Shown: piece after piece, positions 62,954-64,000 of the stretch | How the letters are laid out: the number at the start of each line of letters is the position of its first letter | Numbering within the stretch: position 1 is the first letter of the stretch | From: a virus | DNA: 64,000 nt | IMG/VR virus record: IMGVR_UViG_3300045988_025287 | Location: 32,001 to 96,000 of that record | Reading direction: 5' to 3' (one strand) | The notes under the pieces: model-generated | What the model was told of the DNA's origin: nothing | The model's input: the letters and a program-made list of their open reading frames with translations, nothing else | Database searches by the model: none | Made by a program: the position numbers and the translations under genes

Positions 62954-63671
62954 ATTGTCCCTCCTTAATTTTAACTCTTCTCCAAGTAAACCCTCCAGCG
63001 TGTTTATGTCGTGCATTTTTTCTTAAGCAATCACTGATGCTCTAACGAGAAACGCCTGTTGCTCTACTTGCTTCTCTTATAGAGTCATATTGAGCTATTA
63101 TTGTATTGCCATCATAATCGAGTTGTACTACCGGTCTTTTATTTTTTATCTCATATTCTTTTATGTGGTATTCATCCACTCTATTAGCTTTAGTATAGGA
63201 CCATTGAAATCCGCAACATGATTTCTTTCTTCCATCACAACAGGCTCTTATATTATCAGGCAAAGCTTTAAGCTCTCTAGAAGCCTATCTAACACTATCG
63301 TATTCTCTTACATAGTTACCCTATTTATCATAGCAATAAATCTTTCTACCATCTACCTCACAACAATTATAGTATCCATATTCATGTATATATTTAGATT
63401 CAAGATATTTGATAGTACTAATATTATCCGCGCACTCTTCTACTATTATAAAATTAAAATTTTCGCACCCGATTTCATCAAAATCTTGCTGTAATTTTTT
63501 ATTAATTCCTTTACCGTTGTGTAGACTTCTATAATGGGCTTCGTAACGAGCTCTTATATTAGTAGAGGATCCTATGTACATTCTACCGTTCAAGTTATTC
63601 TTTATAGCGTATATTCCACAAGTATAACGTGGAATAAGTTTACTATTTGCTTTTATAAACTTTGTTTCCAT
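62943..63671 (-). CDS. GIY-YIG homing endonuclease (242 aa) with three in-frame TAG
   Basis: GIYAIKNNLNGRMYIGSSTNIRARYEAH. Two IENR1-like repeats: GNYVREYDSVR-TAG-ASREL and GNTIIAQYDSIREASRATGVSR-TAG-SISDCLRKNARHKHAGGFTWRRV. TAG at 63321, 63285 and 63042. TAA at 62943. The ATG overlaps the upstream TAA (TAATG). Confidence 0.85.
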
Positions 63672-64000
63672 TATGGTCTATTCTAATTATAAATATCTTG
63701 TCGTTCTCCTACTGTACTATAAAAAGTATCATGGGCATCTATTTCCGGGTATAATTTTAACCAAGAGTTCTACACCGAGGCCAAATCATCTACGGTAGGC
63801 ATCATAGCTTCAGCATATGCTTGCTTACGATAGAAGTTATAAGAGTTGCGTATATCATAATAATCTCCCTGACTTATTTGACCTTTTAACTTTTTAGGAT
63901 ACATTAATTTCATAGTAACATACCAGTATATAGCTTCCTTATAAGACTCTAAATCTGGTATCATTGGCATACTATCTTCATCTGTATATATAGCATAATA
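63671..64000 (-). CDS. 3' end of a late structural gene (5' part outside the window)
   Basis: Frame is open from nt 64000 down to the TAA at 63671-63673, with TAG at 63770 and 63683. Confidence 0.6.

Noticed and set aside
1-64000. TGA or TAA reassignment instead of, or in addition to, TAG
   Set aside because: TGA and TAA terminate genes at sensible, often overlapping, junctions (ATGA at 17619-17622, TAATG at 63669-63673). I found none in frame inside the five large late genes.
1-64000. CRISPR arrays, integrase/att sites, transposases, retron or DGR components
   Set aside because: No regularly spaced repeat-spacer arrays were seen. The repeats found are tandem or paired only. No reverse transcriptase, recombinase or transposase motifs turned up in any translated ORF I examined.

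Overview
AT-rich, tightly packed dsDNA phage sequence that looks like a crAss-like (Crassvirales-type) Bacteroidota phage. That assignment is an inference from gene content: a giant virion-RNAP-like ORF with a DFDID motif, a family B DNA polymerase, no Shine-Dalgarno sequences, and UAG used as a sense codon. There are three blocks. (i) 1-8425, minus strand: the head of the late operon (a TerL-like gene running off the left edge), preceded by small accessory genes, ThyX and a GIY-YIG endonuclease. (ii) 8618-37712, plus strand: early/middle and replication module. It holds an ECF-type sigma factor, PolB, a DnaB-like helicase split by a group I intron, a Sak4-like ATPase, an SSB-like protein, a primase, nucleases, two HNH endonucleases, tRNA-Leu(UAA) and tRNA-Arg(UCU). 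(iii) 37796-64000, minus strand: five very large late genes (1558, 4162, 657, 613 and 1390 codons) plus a second GIY-YIG gene. These look shattered in the standard-code ORF track only because they carry about 130 in-frame TAG codons by my hand count. I found no in-frame TAA or TGA in them. TAG also occurs inside several genes of the other two blocks. The least explained part of the window is a set of about ten ORF-free, visibly G+C-richer islands (0.15-2.1 kb, roughly 6 kb in total). Several show long-range helices, a covarying hairpin pair, shared motifs, and a tRNA or tRNA-like module at or just beyond the 3' end. All coordinates of TAG-containing genes come from hand translation and should be re-derived computationally. 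No CRISPR array, integrase or transposase was seen.
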